In this document: positions 36,537 to 47,141 of the stretch, in pieces
How positions within the stretch are numbered: the first letter of the stretch is position 1
Layout: each line of letters opens with the position of its first letter
Assembly (NCBI GenBank): GCA_963692865.2
Contig: OY843592.1
Location: 64,001-128,000 of the forward strand
Origin: a bacterium
GTDB taxonomy: Bacteria; UBA8248
Reading direction: 5' to 3'
Length of the DNA stretch: 64,000 nt
The notes under the pieces: model-generated
Databases searched by the model: none
Seen by the model: the letters and a program-made list of their open reading frames with translations, nothing else
Told to the model about the DNA's origin: nothing
Program-made: the position numbers and the translations under genes

Positions 36537-37370
36537 TTGAAATTGAATCTCTACCACTACTGCTCACAGGAAGCGTTTCTCTCGATCATCCGCACACGCA
36601 CATTTTGGTGTTCAGCGCTTTCGTTGTCGAACGACACGATGGAGGGAAGGTGGATACGCAAAATATTCTCCGATATTTGTGATAAAGATAAAAATGGCCT
36701 AGAGGAACACAATAAAAACCGGGTACTAAAAATGCTTGGTAGTTGGGAGGTCTATTGTGAAGGTCTTGGGTTCTGCCTTTCAAAACATCCTGATTCACTG
36801 AGCCAGTGGAGAGGCTATGCGCAAGATGCCGAGGGCTTTTGCATAGGTTTTTCCAAAGAAAAGCTAAAGGAACTAAAAGAGAAAACACGTGACGATAATG
36901 AGGATAACGAACCTAGCTTTACTTTATTTGAAGTGAACTATGATATTACACGCCAACAAAAAAACCTCAAGCCAGCCTATCAAAAAATCAAGGAAATCAT
37001 TGAAAGTGGAGAAGAACCTATCGGGCCAGATCATTTATCGGGAACAATAGGATTGGAAGTTACAAAGATCCTTTCAGAAGTTTTTCGACAGAAGAATCCG
37101 GCTTTCCAAGAAGAGAAAGAATGGAGAATTCTGTCAATTTTTCACAAGCTCGATCCTAGCGATGTCAAGTTCCGAACCGTCGGTAATCGCATCGTACCTT
37201 ATCGGCCATTCAGATTTGACCGTGAAACAATTAGCGAGGTTGTCCTGGGACCAAAGAACCAAACTCCAAAAGATATTGTTAAAAGCGTTCTAAACAAATT
37301 CGGATACCCTTTAAGGAATGGTCCTGATCAAGGGGTGGAGGTAAAGAAATCCGAAGCGTCTTACCGATGA
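36537..37370 (+). CDS. DUF2971-domain protein
   Basis: LYHYCS, ND..EG, FCLS...DSLSQWRGYA....G.CIGF, K..AF.EE.EWR, V.LGP. Low GC; GGAG RBS. Confidence 0.85.
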   Translation: MKLNLYHYCSQEAFLSIIRTRTFWCSALSLSNDTMEGRWIRKIFSDICDKDKNGLEEHNKNRVLKMLGSWEVYCEGLGFCLSKHPDSLSQWRGYAQDAEGFCIGFSKEKLKELKEKTRDDNEDNEPSFTLFEVNYDITRQQKNLKPAYQKIKEIIESGEEPIGPDHLSGTIGLEVTKILSEVFRQKNPAFQEEKEWRILSIFHKLDPSDVKFRTVGNRIVPYRPFRFDRETISEVVLGPKNQTPKDIVKSVLNKFGYPLRNGPDQGVEVKKSEASYR

Positions 37371-37433
37371 GAGACTTTCGCGCCCGATGAGTTCTCTATC
37401 TTTCCTCAACTAATGGTACCCCCCTCTTTTAAC

Positions 37434-37467
37434 AAAATCGCCCCGGGATTTTGACTCCGGGGCGGTT
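37434..37467 (-). terminator. Intrinsic terminator after the CMD selenoprotein gene
   Basis: CGCCCCGG...CCGGGGCG hairpin with an adjacent A-run. Confidence 0.6.
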
Positions 37468-37483
37468 CGTCCTGTGAGATGCT

Positions 37484-38161
37484 TCAAGCGTTTTTGTTCG
37501 GGTCCTGGGCGTCGGGTTCGGGGTATTCATCCGGCCAGTGGTCGACCATCGTCTTGTAGTAGGTCTTGACCTTCCCGCCGTCGAGGTGAAGGGATTTCTT
37601 GATCTTGTCGACCTCGCGCTGTTCCTCGAGCGGGATGCCGAGCGAATCCATGTAGCGGTTGAAGAGGTTGAACAGCCCGCTCACCATCGTGAGTTCGACG
37701 ATCTCGGCTTCGGAGAAATGCTTGCGCACCTCCTCGAACACATCGTCTCTCGAACGCGCGGTGTTGAGCGTAACGTGCTCCGCCCACAGGATGGCCGCCT
37801 TCTCGCGCGGGGTGAACAGATCCGATTCCATGTAGGCGTCGGTGCCGATGACCTCCACCTGTTCTTCGCTGATGCCGGCCGCTTGACCAAGCGACGTGTT
37901 GTGCGCGTATCAGTAGGCGCACCCGTTGAGATGGCTCGTCTTGATGACCACCATCTCCTTGACCTTGGACGTGAGCACGCTGCCCCCGCCCTCGCGCTGG
38001 AGCGTCGCCACGAAGGGCAGCATGGCCTTGGCGACGTGGGGGGTTTTGGCCAGCACCCGCATCGAATGCGGCACGCGGCCCAGCATGGCGGTGGTGGCCT
38101 CATAGAAGCGGCCCACGTCGGCGTCCGCCTCCTCGGGCTGAATCATTTCTATTCTGGACAT
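37484..38161 (-). CDS. AhpD/carboxymuconolactone-decarboxylase-family selenoprotein (CxxU, Sec at codon 84)
   Basis: Track ORFs 37910..38263 and 37484..37858 share a frame and are separated only by TGA (37912-37910) in KEMV..KTSHLNGCAY-U-YAH. RBS AGGAG. Confidence 0.88.
37878..37895 (-). promoter_or_regulatory. Candidate SECIS hairpin
   Basis: GUCGCUU-GGUC-AAGCGGC stem-loop 14 nt downstream of the UGA. Confidence 0.7.
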
Positions 38162-38271
38162 ATCGGAACTCTCCTGTTTCGCACCTCCCATGAAAGCATG
38201 GGCGCCTTGTTCATCATCGGCCGCCTTCATCGTTCGGTGAAAAGCAGCCGCATTCGCTTTCAATCCCTCTA

Positions 38272-38870
38272 TTATGACTCATCCGCCGCCTCGCGGGCCA
38301 GCCACGCGCGGAACTCCGCAAGGGCCAGCCCCCGGTGGCTGACGCGGTTCTTGACTTCGAGCGCAAGCTCCGAGACGGCGCAGCCCTGCTCGGGCAGATA
38401 CATGAGCGGGTCGTAGCCGAAACCACCCTCTCCTCCGGGGGTGCGAAGTATCCGCCCGCCCAGCGCGCCCTCGAAAAAACCGAACCATCCATCCGGCTTA
38501 ACGTATGCCAGCACGCATACATAGCGCGCGCCTCGCTCTGCCTCGGGCACGTCGCGCATCCTTTCGAGCAAGAGCGCGTTTCGCCCCGAATCGTCCAGCC
38601 CCTCGCCGCCGAAGCGCGCGGAGCGAACGCCCAACTCGCCCGGCAGCGCGTCCACCTCCACGCCGGAATCATCGGCGAGCGCGGGAAGGCCGCTCGCCTC
38701 GCACGCGGCCCGCGCCTTGATGAGCGCGTTTTCCGCGTAGGTGGAGCCGGTTTCTTCGACCTCGAACCGGAACCCCGCCTCATCGGGGAGAAGCAGCTCT
38801 ACCTTCATCCCCTCGAGGGCGGCGCGCACCTCGCGCGCCTTTCCGGGATTTCCGCTTGCGAGGACGATTC

Positions 38871-38874
<4 letters not shown>
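38272..38874 (-). CDS. rdgB: Non-canonical purine NTP pyrophosphatase (HAM1)
   Basis: ASGNPGKARE, EETG.TY.ENA..KA, ADDSG, GFGYDP, KNRVSHRG. Confidence 0.95.
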
Positions 38875-39608
<734 letters not shown>

Positions 39609-39709
39609 GCTTTCTCCATATCGAAAACGAACCACTTTTCAGACGCAGAGGATACTACGGGGATTCGATGCGCGAATCCAGAGGAAAAGGATGAATCCCG
39701 CCAGCGGTC

Positions 39710-42700
39710 TTACGCGGCGGGCGCCGTGTATTTCGTCTCGCGCAAACCAACGGCGCGCCTTAAACTCCGGACGAAGTTCTGGGCCGCGAGATAGATGCAC
39801 GGCACCAGGAAGAGCGTGAACAAGGTGGAAAGCGAGAGTCCGCTCAGCACGACCAGCCCCAAGGGCTTGAGCATCTCCGAGCCCTTTCCCCAGCCGCTCG
39901 CCAGAGGCGTCAGCGCGATGATGGTGGTGAGCGTGGTCATGAGAATCGGGCGCAGTCTCGTCGATGCCCCCTCGATGATGGCTTCCCTTATCTCCATCCC
40001 GCGCTCTCTCAAGCGTTCGACGTAGTCGATCATCACGATGGAGTTGTTCACCACGATGCCCACCAAGAGGATGACGCCGATGAGCACCGTCGAGCCGAAA
40101 GGCGTACCGGTGAGGTAGAGACCCAGGAGCGCGCCGGTGAGCGCGGGCGGCACGGCGAAGATGATGACCAAGGGGTTTACGAGCGAGTCGTACTGAACGG
40201 CAAGCACCGTGTAGACCAGGAAAATGGCGAGAAGCGCCAGGATAAAGAGTTCGCGGTTCGATTTCTTCAGGTTCTCCTCATCCTCGCCCGGCAGGATGAA
40301 GTAGCCCCTCGGCACGTTGACTTCTTTCAGGCGCGTGCGCACGTCCGCGCCCACGTCACCCAGCGAGCGGCCCTGTATGTCGCCCGTTATCTGGATGAGG
40401 CGGTTCTGGTCCGTGCGTGGGATGACCGAACTACCCTGCCCGTAGCGGATATGCGCCACGTGGTGCAAGCGCGTGGAGCGTCCGTTCCGGTTCTGGGGAA
40501 ACAGGGGCAGTTGCGCCAGATCCTGCTCGCTCTTGATCTCGGTGTCCGAGAACTTGACCCGCACCGGCACGCGCGTATCCACCCGGTTGATGAACGTGGC
40601 GATGGAGCCATCCACCGCCGTGGCCACGGTGTCGCCCACATCCTCGACGGAGAGGCCGAGTTCCGCCGCGCGCTCCCTGTTCACCTGGATGCGGAACTCG
40701 GGCCGGGGCCTGTCCTCGGTCATCTGCACGTTGTGCAGCCCCTCCACCCCCTGGAGCTTCTCGACGACTTCTTCCGCGATGCGGTTGAGCGTGGTCAGAT
40801 CCTCTCCCCGAACGCCCAGGGAGAAGCTCTTGTTGTGCCGGGTGTTGGAAGTGCGAAGGCCGCGCACCCGGCTCTTGAAGGCGTAAATCCGAGCATCGGG
40901 ATACGTCATCCGCGCGAGCCGGGGCCTTAACTTTCCGAGGTATTCGAACACGCTCACGCCGTCTTTGAGCGTCACGTCGATTCTCCCCCGGGAGGCGGAG
41001 GGCGAGAAGTTGCGCCCGAAAAGACGCCCCCCCGCCGTGGCGAACACCTTGTCGACGGCAGGGTCGCGCACGAGCATGTCGTGAATCTCTCGCGTCACCT
41101 GCTTGGTGTATTCCAGGGTGCCGCCCGGAGAGAAGCGGATGTCGACCGAGATGCGCCCGTCGTCCACCTGGGGCAGGAGTTCGTTGCCCAACCTGCCGAT
41201 GAGCGTGTAGCTACTCGCGCAGACGGCGAGGGCGAGGATGATGACGACCCAGCGGAGAGTGAGAACCGGCCTCAAGAGAAAGCGGTAGAACCGGTTGACC
41301 AGATTGACGAGCCAGATGAAAAGGCGGAAGAGCGGAAAGCGGCTGAAGCCGCTGCTCATCGGGATCTGCAGGAGACGGGCGGATAGCATGGCCACGACCG
41401 TAAGGCCGACCATGAGGCTGCATATGAACGCCAGGGTGATGGTGAGTATCAACTCGCGGAACAGTAGCGCCACGTAGCCCGATACCAGCAGAAACGGCAT
41501 GACGGCGGCCACGTTCGTGAGCGTGGAGGCCACCATTGCGCTCTCCACCTCGGCGGAACCGCGCTCCGCCGCCTCCACGGGGTCGCCTCCTTCCGCCTGA
41601 TGGCGCGAAATGTTCTCGAGCATGACGATGGCGTTGTCCACGAGCATGCCCACGCCGAGCGCCACCCCGCCCAGGCTGAATATATTGAAGGTAAAGCCGA
41701 GCACCCACATGAGGAAAAACGTGAAGACGGAAGCGACCGGGATCGCCAGGCCGATGATGAGCGTGCGCCTGAGACTCCCCAGGAAGCAGAGCACCACCAG
41801 GATCGCCAAGGCGCCGCCCACCAGGGCGGAGGAGAGGACGTTCCTGATCGAGGCGCGTATGAAGAAACTCTGATCCGAAATCGGGACGAGGGTGACGTCG
41901 GGCGGCACGATTCCGTAGCGCGTCAGGAAGGCGAGTCTGTCGCGCAGCCCGTCCACGACGGAGACCGTGTTCGCGTCCGGCTGCTTCAAAGCCACCACCT
42001 TGACGCTCTCATCGCCGTTCAGCCACACGAAGATGCGCCTCTCCTTGCCGGCGTCCTGAACCTTGGCGAAATCGCGCAGATAGACCCGGCGGCCGTCCTT
42101 CGTGGGGAAGATCAGGCGCGAAAGCTCGCCCGCGCTCTTGAGCTTGCCCGCCGTACGGCTCGAATACTCCCGGTGGGGGGTCTTCACCCGTCCGGCGGCC
42201 AGGTCCATGTTCTCGGCGCGCATCCTTCTCAGGACGGCGGGCAGGTCGAGCCCCAGACCCTGCATCCTCGGCAGATCGACGAGCACCTGCACCTCCTCGT
42301 CCTGGCCGCCGAACGCCTCCACCGAGGCGATTCCGGGGACGGTCATAAGCTGGGGGATGAGCACCTTCCGCGCCCAGGTCTGAAGCTGCGGTCCTTTCAG
42401 GGTCTTGGAAGAAAGCGCGTATTCGATGATGGGCACCTGCGCCGGGTCGGACTTGAAGATTCGCGTGTTCTGGAGTTGATCCTGTATCTCTTGCGGCAGG
42501 TTTCTTCTGGCGACGTTGAATTTGGTGATGGCGTCCTGGAGCGCGAGATCGATGTCGCGGTCGAAGTCGAAGAACATCCACAGGCGCGCGGCGCCCTCGC
42601 GGCTGATCGAGAAGATGCGCACCACCCCCTGCGTGGTCGCGAGTTCGCGCTCCACCACCTTGGTGACCTGCTCCTCGACCACCTTGGGATCGGCCCCCTC

Positions 42701-42850
42701 GAAATCGATGCCGATGAATATCCGCGGATAAACGATCCTGGGCAGAAAATCGACCGGCAGCCGCGTGAGCGCGAAAAAGCCGAGCACCAGCGCGCAGACC
42801 ACGCCCATGATGGTTCCCACGGGCCTCCGGATGCAACTCCGGCTCAGCAT
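39710..42850 (-). CDS. RND efflux permease (AcrB/AcrD/AcrF family)
   Basis: 1046 aa; GMLVDNAIVMLENI, GIVVNNSIV, RLRPILMTTLTT. Confidence 0.95.
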   Translation of the reverse strand: MLSRSCIRRPVGTIMGVVCALVLGFFALTRLPVDFLPRIVYPRIFIGIDFEGADPKVVEEQVTKVVERELATTQGVVRIFSISREGAARLWMFFDFDRDIDLALQDAITKFNVARRNLPQEIQDQLQNTRIFKSDPAQVPIIEYALSSKTLKGPQLQTWARKVLIPQLMTVPGIASVEAFGGQDEEVQVLVDLPRMQGLGLDLPAVLRRMRAENMDLAAGRVKTPHREYSSRTAGKLKSAGELSRLIFPTKDGRRVYLRDFAKVQDAGKERRIFVWLNGDESVKVVALKQPDANTVSVVDGLRDRLAFLTRYGIVPPDVTLVPISDQSFFIRASIRNVLSSALVGGALAILVVLCFLGSLRRTLIIGLAIPVASVFTFFLMWVLGFTFNIFSLGGVALGVGMLVDNAIVMLENISRHQAEGGDPVEAAERGSAEVESAMVASTLTNVAAVMPFLLVSGYVALLFRELILTITLAFICSLMVGLTVVAMLSARLLQIPMSSGFSRFPLFRLFIWLVNLVNRFYRFLLRPVLTLRWVVIILALAVCASSYTLIGRLGNELLPQVDDGRISVDIRFSPGGTLEYTKQVTREIHDMLVRDPAVDKVFATAGGRLFGRNFSPSASRGRIDVTLKDGVSVFEYLGKLRPRLARMTYPDARIYAFKSRVRGLRTSNTRHNKSFSLGVRGEDLTTLNRIAEEVVEKLQGVEGLHNVQMTEDRPRPEFRIQVNRERAAELGLSVEDVGDTVATAVDGSIATFINRVDTRVPVRVKFSDTEIKSEQDLAQLPLFPQNRNGRSTRLHHVAHIRYGQGSSVIPRTDQNRLIQITGDIQGRSLGDVGADVRTRLKEVNVPRGYFILPGEDEENLKKSNRELFILALLAIFLVYTVLAVQYDSLVNPLVIIFAVPPALTGALLGLYLTGTPFGSTVLIGVILLVGIVVNNSIVMIDYVERLRERGMEIREAIIEGASTRLRPILMTTLTTIIALTPLASGWGKGSEMLKPLGLVVLSGLSLSTLFTLFLVPCIYLAAQNFVRSLRRAVGLRETKYTAPAA

Positions 42851-42862
42851 GGAGCCTCTCCT

Positions 42863-44326
42863 TTACGGCCCAACGACCCGGATGGGCCGCCTGTCCCTTA
42901 ATTGGCTGATGGCGCTAACGACCACCCGCTCGCCCACGCGAAGGCCTTCCAGAATCTCGATTCGCCCGTCGATCATCTCGCCGAGGCGGACTTCGCGGCG
43001 CAGCGCAATGAACCGCGGCCCGCGCCTCCCCGGGGGGCCGCGTCTCGCTCCGCGCCCGCTCGCCTCGGCCATCCCTCTGCCCGCCTCGCCTCTCATACCG
43101 GGACCGCCTCGCCCGGAACCGCCGATCCCCGCTCCCTTTTGCAACCTTTTCACCACGAAGACCGCGCCCGTCTTCGTGCGCAAGTCCCCGTCCCAGATCA
43201 CGGCGTGAACCGGCAGGTTGATCGCCTGCCTTCCCAGCAGGGGGTCGAACTTCACGCGGGCGAGAAGGCCCGGTCTCAAGGAAGAATCGGAGTTTTGAAC
43301 GTCCACCTCCACGATGAGCTGGCGCGAACTCGGGTCCACGCTCGGGAAAATTCGCGTCAATTTCCCCGAGAACGAGCGCCCCCGGTACGCGTCGAGTTCG
43401 ACCCGTGCGCCCTGGCCTTTCCTGATGAGCGGCAGATCCAGCTCGCTCACTCGCACCCGGGCGCGCAGCGTATCCGTCTGGGCGATGGTGAACAGATGCG
43501 CCCGGTTCACCGCCAGGTCTCCGGGCTCGATTCTTCTCTCGGTGACGACGCCCGATATCGGCGAGCGAATGGTGAAGTATTCGAGTTCCACCTTGAGCCG
43601 CCTTACCCGCTGCATACGCTGTCCGACCTGCGCGCGCGCCATGTCGACTTCTTCCACGCGCGCGCCGATTTTCACCAGCTTGAGCTTTTCCCTTGCAACC
43701 TGAACGCGGGCGGCGTCCTCCGCGAGGCGCGCCCGGCGTTCGGCAACGTCCGCTCGGGCGCGGTTCGCCTCCGTCGTCACCCTGCGCCACTCCCGTTCGC
43801 TGATGACGCCCTTTTTGTGCAAGGCGCCCAGAGAACGCGCGTTGGCCTCCGCCTCCTCGCGTCTGGCGATGGCGGAGGTGATTTCCGCTTCACTTCGCTT
43901 GCGCGTCGCCTCCGCCTGGGTGACGGCGGCCGCGGCGGCGGCGATTTCTTCGGGGCGGCTCCCGGCTTTCAGTTTTCCGAGGTTCGCCCGCGCGGCGGCG
44001 AGTTCGCTCTGCGCCAGCCTCAAGTCTATCCGCTTGATGGTGGAATCAAGACGCGCGAGGATTTGTCCCTTCCTTACCTGAGCGCCCTCGCGCGCTAAAA
44101 CCTCTCGAACCTGACCCTCTGCGCGGGACATGAGCTTCACCTCGCTTCTGGCCAGAAGGGTTCCCGTGGCCGCCACGCGCCTGCCCAGACGGCCCACCGC
44201 GACTTTTTGCACCTGCACCGTGACAATGCGGTTTCTCCGCCCCCTGGGGCGGCCCGCGTAGGCGCAGGTGAACTCACCCGCAACGAAAAACACCATGATG
44301 AGCACAGCGGCCATTCTCGCAGACAT
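42863..44326 (-). CDS. RND periplasmic adaptor (MFP); start uncertain
   Basis: Lipoyl halves (EGAQVRKGQILARLD; IRSPISGVV), GSRPEEI hairpin, LRPGL, GLRVGERVV. Confidence 0.88.
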   Translation of the reverse strand: MSARMAAVLIMVFFVAGEFTCAYAGRPRGRRNRIVTVQVQKVAVGRLGRRVAATGTLLARSEVKLMSRAEGQVREVLAREGAQVRKGQILARLDSTIKRIDLRLAQSELAAARANLGKLKAGSRPEEIAAAAAAVTQAEATRKRSEAEITSAIARREEAEANARSLGALHKKGVISEREWRRVTTEANRARADVAERRARLAEDAARVQVAREKLKLVKIGARVEEVDMARAQVGQRMQRVRRLKVELEYFTIRSPISGVVTERRIEPGDLAVNRAHLFTIAQTDTLRARVRVSELDLPLIRKGQGARVELDAYRGRSFSGKLTRIFPSVDPSSRQLIVEVDVQNSDSSLRPGLLARVKFDPLLGRQAINLPVHAVIWDGDLRTKTGAVFVVKRLQKGAGIGGSGRGGPGMRGEAGRGMAEASGRGARRGPPGRRGPRFIALRREVRLGEMIDGRIEILEGLRVGERVVVSAISQLRDRRPIRVVGP

Positions 44327-44505
44327 CTTCCCGCAACTCCCGAAAGAGAAACCCGGCGGCGAACCACTCGCGCGACGGATGCTAATACGCGACGCAAGCG
44401 ATCTTATCACAAACAACGGGTCTTCTCTTTTGGACGCCAGACGGTTCCTGGAGGGGAGATGCAATGTGAAAGCGGCACGTTGTCGGCATAAACAGCCGTT
44501 GTTCC

Positions 44506-45702
44506 TCAAAAAGACGACAGCCATTCATCTCCGGGCATGATGCGCAGCATGAATTCATCGAACATGGGCACGGTGAAAGCCGTATCACCGTGACTCGGAC
44601 TCCAGACCATCCCTTTGTTAATTAATTGGCTGCGGATGGGCGCCAGAGAGGTTACCCGGCGGTTCATTTCCCTGGCGATGTCACCCGAACGATGGGGGCC
44701 CTTACCGAGTTCGGCCATCGCTCGCAGATACTTTTTCTCCGCAGGAGACAACCGGTCGAACCTGACCAAAAAGAAACTCTGATCCAGAGCGGCGATGACC
44801 TGCTTCGACGCGATATCTACATCGGAAACCGTGATGGGAGAACGCTCGGCGACGTCCCACAAGTGTTTGCCCCATTCCTGAAGAAAGTAGGGATAACATT
44901 GCGTTTTTGAAACGATCTCTTCAAGGGCGCGGGATTCTATCTCCACACCTTCATCTTTGGCAGGCTTTTCAATCGCGAGTCTGGCGTCTTCAGGAGACAA
45001 TGGCCCTATTTCGGAAAATTCAAAAAGCCGTTCGGCGTAGGATTTCGCCTTTCCCATGCGGCCTCGCACCTGCGGCAGCCCCGCCCCCAGCATGGTCACC
45101 GGAAGCCGCCGCTGGGATACCCGGTGCAACGAAATGATCAAGGCCTCCAGTTGCTCTTCCGGCACGTACTGGAGCTCATCGAAGAGAAACGCCACGCAGG
45201 CAGCATCCGCATGGGCGGCGGCGCCGACGGCCTCGAACAATTCCTGCAAGTCGCTTTCGAGGTTTCCATTGTCCGCCAGTCCGGGTTCGGGGCTGACATC
45301 CAAACCCACCTCTATGTCCCGGTATGTCACTTTCAGGGCCTTCACGAATCCCGCGAGTCCTCTCAAGGCTCTTTGCGCCAATTCTTTCGCCGCACGCCTA
45401 CGCGAGAGTTTCAGCAATGCCGTATATAATCGAGGCGCCAAAATAGAGGGCAACGATTGGCTTTCGGGTGCTTCTATCGACAGAACGTAGATACCGCTCG
45501 CCTCGGCCTGTTCCCGAATTAGATTCAACAGGACGGTTTTGCCGACCCCTCGCAACCCGACCAACATGCAGCTTTTGGTCGAGCGTCCGATTCTGGTCCG
45601 CTCCAGTGCGATTCGCGCGGATTCGCAAACCTCGCCCCGACCAGCCAACTCGGGCGGTTGAGTGCCCGCTCCAGGCGCATATGGGTTGCGTATCGGATCC
45701 AT
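44506..45702 (-). CDS. AAA-type P-loop ATPase with C-terminal wHTH
   Basis: NPYAPGAG..PP.LAGR, Walker A GLRGVGKT, Walker B FDELQ, SYAERLF, YPYFLQEWG; C-terminal R..LI.KG...FTVP.F. Confidence 0.85.
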   Translation of the reverse strand: MDPIRNPYAPGAGTQPPELAGRGEVCESARIALERTRIGRSTKSCMLVGLRGVGKTVLLNLIREQAEASGIYVLSIEAPESQSLPSILAPRLYTALLKLSRRRAAKELAQRALRGLAGFVKALKVTYRDIEVGLDVSPEPGLADNGNLESDLQELFEAVGAAAHADAACVAFLFDELQYVPEEQLEALIISLHRVSQRRLPVTMLGAGLPQVRGRMGKAKSYAERLFEFSEIGPLSPEDARLAIEKPAKDEGVEIESRALEEIVSKTQCYPYFLQEWGKHLWDVAERSPITVSDVDIASKQVIAALDQSFFLVRFDRLSPAEKKYLRAMAELGKGPHRSGDIAREMNRRVTSLAPIRSQLINKGMVWSPSHGDTAFTVPMFDEFMLRIMPGDEWLSSF

Positions 45703-45711
45703 AATGAAAGT

Positions 45712-45774
45712 AGTTTATATTAAAATTAGCCAGTTTACAATTTATTTATAAGATAGCTAATATCGCTATAAATC
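45712..45774. repeat. 62-63-bp AT-rich palindromic element, copy 1
   Basis: AGTTTATA..AAAATTAG..AGTTTA...TTATAAGAT..CTAAT...CTATAA, immediately upstream of the ATPase start. Confidence 0.85.
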
Positions 45775-45865
45775 AAGAAATCCGGGCGCCGAGATGGCTG
45801 ATCTTCCAAATCGAGCGCCCGGTTCCGATACGGGTAAACGATTTGCGATTCAGTCCCACAGAAAG

Positions 45866-45927
45866 AGTTTATAGCAAAATTAGGAAGTTTATTATTTTCT
45901 TATAAGATGCCTAATTTGGCTATAATC
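45866..45927. repeat. 62-bp AT-rich palindromic element, copy 2
   Basis: Arms TTATAGCAAAATTAGG / CCTAATTTGGCTATAA. Confidence 0.88.
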
Positions 45928-46002
45928 GAAAAAATTCGTTAATTCAGAATAACTTGCATAAGGGACAAACAACAGTCGATGACATTTAAGGGCGGCAAGG
46001 CT

Positions 46003-46872
46003 TCAGTTCAGTGTACCGAACCACTCGGCGATGGCGCGGCCGACCTCGTCGGGGGAGTCCTCCTGGATGAAGTGAATCCCCGGTACGGTGACTTCTGTCT
46101 GGTTCGGCCAGGTTCGGCAGAACGCGCGCTGTTCGCCTACAAGGATGGCGCCCGGCTCTGCGTTCACGAACAGCTTGGGTACGGAGGATTCGCGAAGCCA
46201 GGCGGCGTAACTACCGACAATCTCGGTTACATCCGCAGGCTCGCCCTCGATGGGAATCTCGCGCGGCCACGCGAGGGTCGGGCGGCGGCCCTCTCCGGGT
46301 TCCGAGAAGGGACGCCGGTACTCATCCATCTCCTCCTCGCTGAGCTCGCGCCTGATCGACCCCGGCAGCACGCGCTCGACGAACACGTTCTTATCGAGAA
46401 TCATGGACTCACCGCTCTCCGAGCGGAATCCTTGAAAAACCCGCCGCGACGCTTCGGGCCATTGCGCCCATGTTAGCGGCTGCACGATGGCCTCCATGTA
46501 GGCCAGCCCCTTCACGGCGTCCCGATGCCGGTTGGCCCAGTCGAAGCCGAGCGCCGAACCCCAGTCGTGCATGATGAGGGTGACGCGCTCGGCGACGCCG
46601 AGAGCGTTCAGTAACGCATCGAGATAGCGGCGGTGCTCCACGAAGCGGTAGCGGCCCGGGCCGCTGCCCTCCAGCTTGTCGGAATCGCCCATGCCGATCA
46701 GGTCCGGCGCGATGCATCGGCCCAGCGGAGTAAGGTGAGGAATAATGCCTCGCCAAAGAAATGAGGAAGTCGGGTTTCCGTGCAGCAAAACGATTGGGTC
46801 GCCCTCGCCGGTCTCGACGTAGGCCATGGGGCGGCCGAGCACTTCCAGGCGTTTCTTCTCAATCCCTGACAC
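46003..46872 (-). CDS. Haloalkane dehalogenase (HLD-II, LinB/DhaA-like)
   Basis: [22 protein letters not shown], nucleophile HDWG, YMEAIV, WPREIP, HFIQED. Confidence 0.93.
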   Translation of the reverse strand: MSGIEKKRLEVLGRPMAYVETGEGDPIVLLHGNPTSSFLWRGIIPHLTPLGRCIAPDLIGMGDSDKLEGSGPGRYRFVEHRRYLDALLNALGVAERVTLIMHDWGSALGFDWANRHRDAVKGLAYMEAIVQPLTWAQWPEASRRVFQGFRSESGESMILDKNVFVERVLPGSIRRELSEEEMDEYRRPFSEPGEGRRPTLAWPREIPIEGEPADVTEIVGSYAAWLRESSVPKLFVNAEPGAILVGEQRAFCRTWPNQTEVTVPGIHFIQEDSPDEVGRAIAEWFGTLN

Positions 46873-46995
46873 GGCGGATCTCCTTCAACTTACTCGTTCA
46901 GACACTCGCGCTATGCCCATGCGCGCGATTCACAAAAAACAGAAACGACCAACCTAACCGAGCGAATACGTGCTGCGCATCAGGTCGATGATGCG

Positions 46996-47057
46996 AGTTT
47001 ATAACAAAATTAGAGAGTTTATGATTTTCTTATAAGATGGTTAATTTGATTATAATC
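46996..47057. repeat. 62-bp AT-rich palindromic element, copy 3
   Basis: 54/62 identical to copy 2 by manual alignment. Confidence 0.88.
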
Positions 47058-47141
47058 AACGAATCTCAAAGACTCTGGCCCCTGAATACCTGCACCGCTT
47101 CATCCCTTAAGTAGTGGAATTTTAGTCGAAATATGAAAAGA

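Noticed and set aside
45712-47057. 62-bp repeats as a CRISPR array, integron attC or dif/pdif sites
   Set aside because: Spacing is irregular (154 and 1130 bp), there is no cas or integrase gene, there are no RYYYAAC/GTTRRRY ends and no XerC/D 11-6-11 layout. The link to the ATPase start explains them better.
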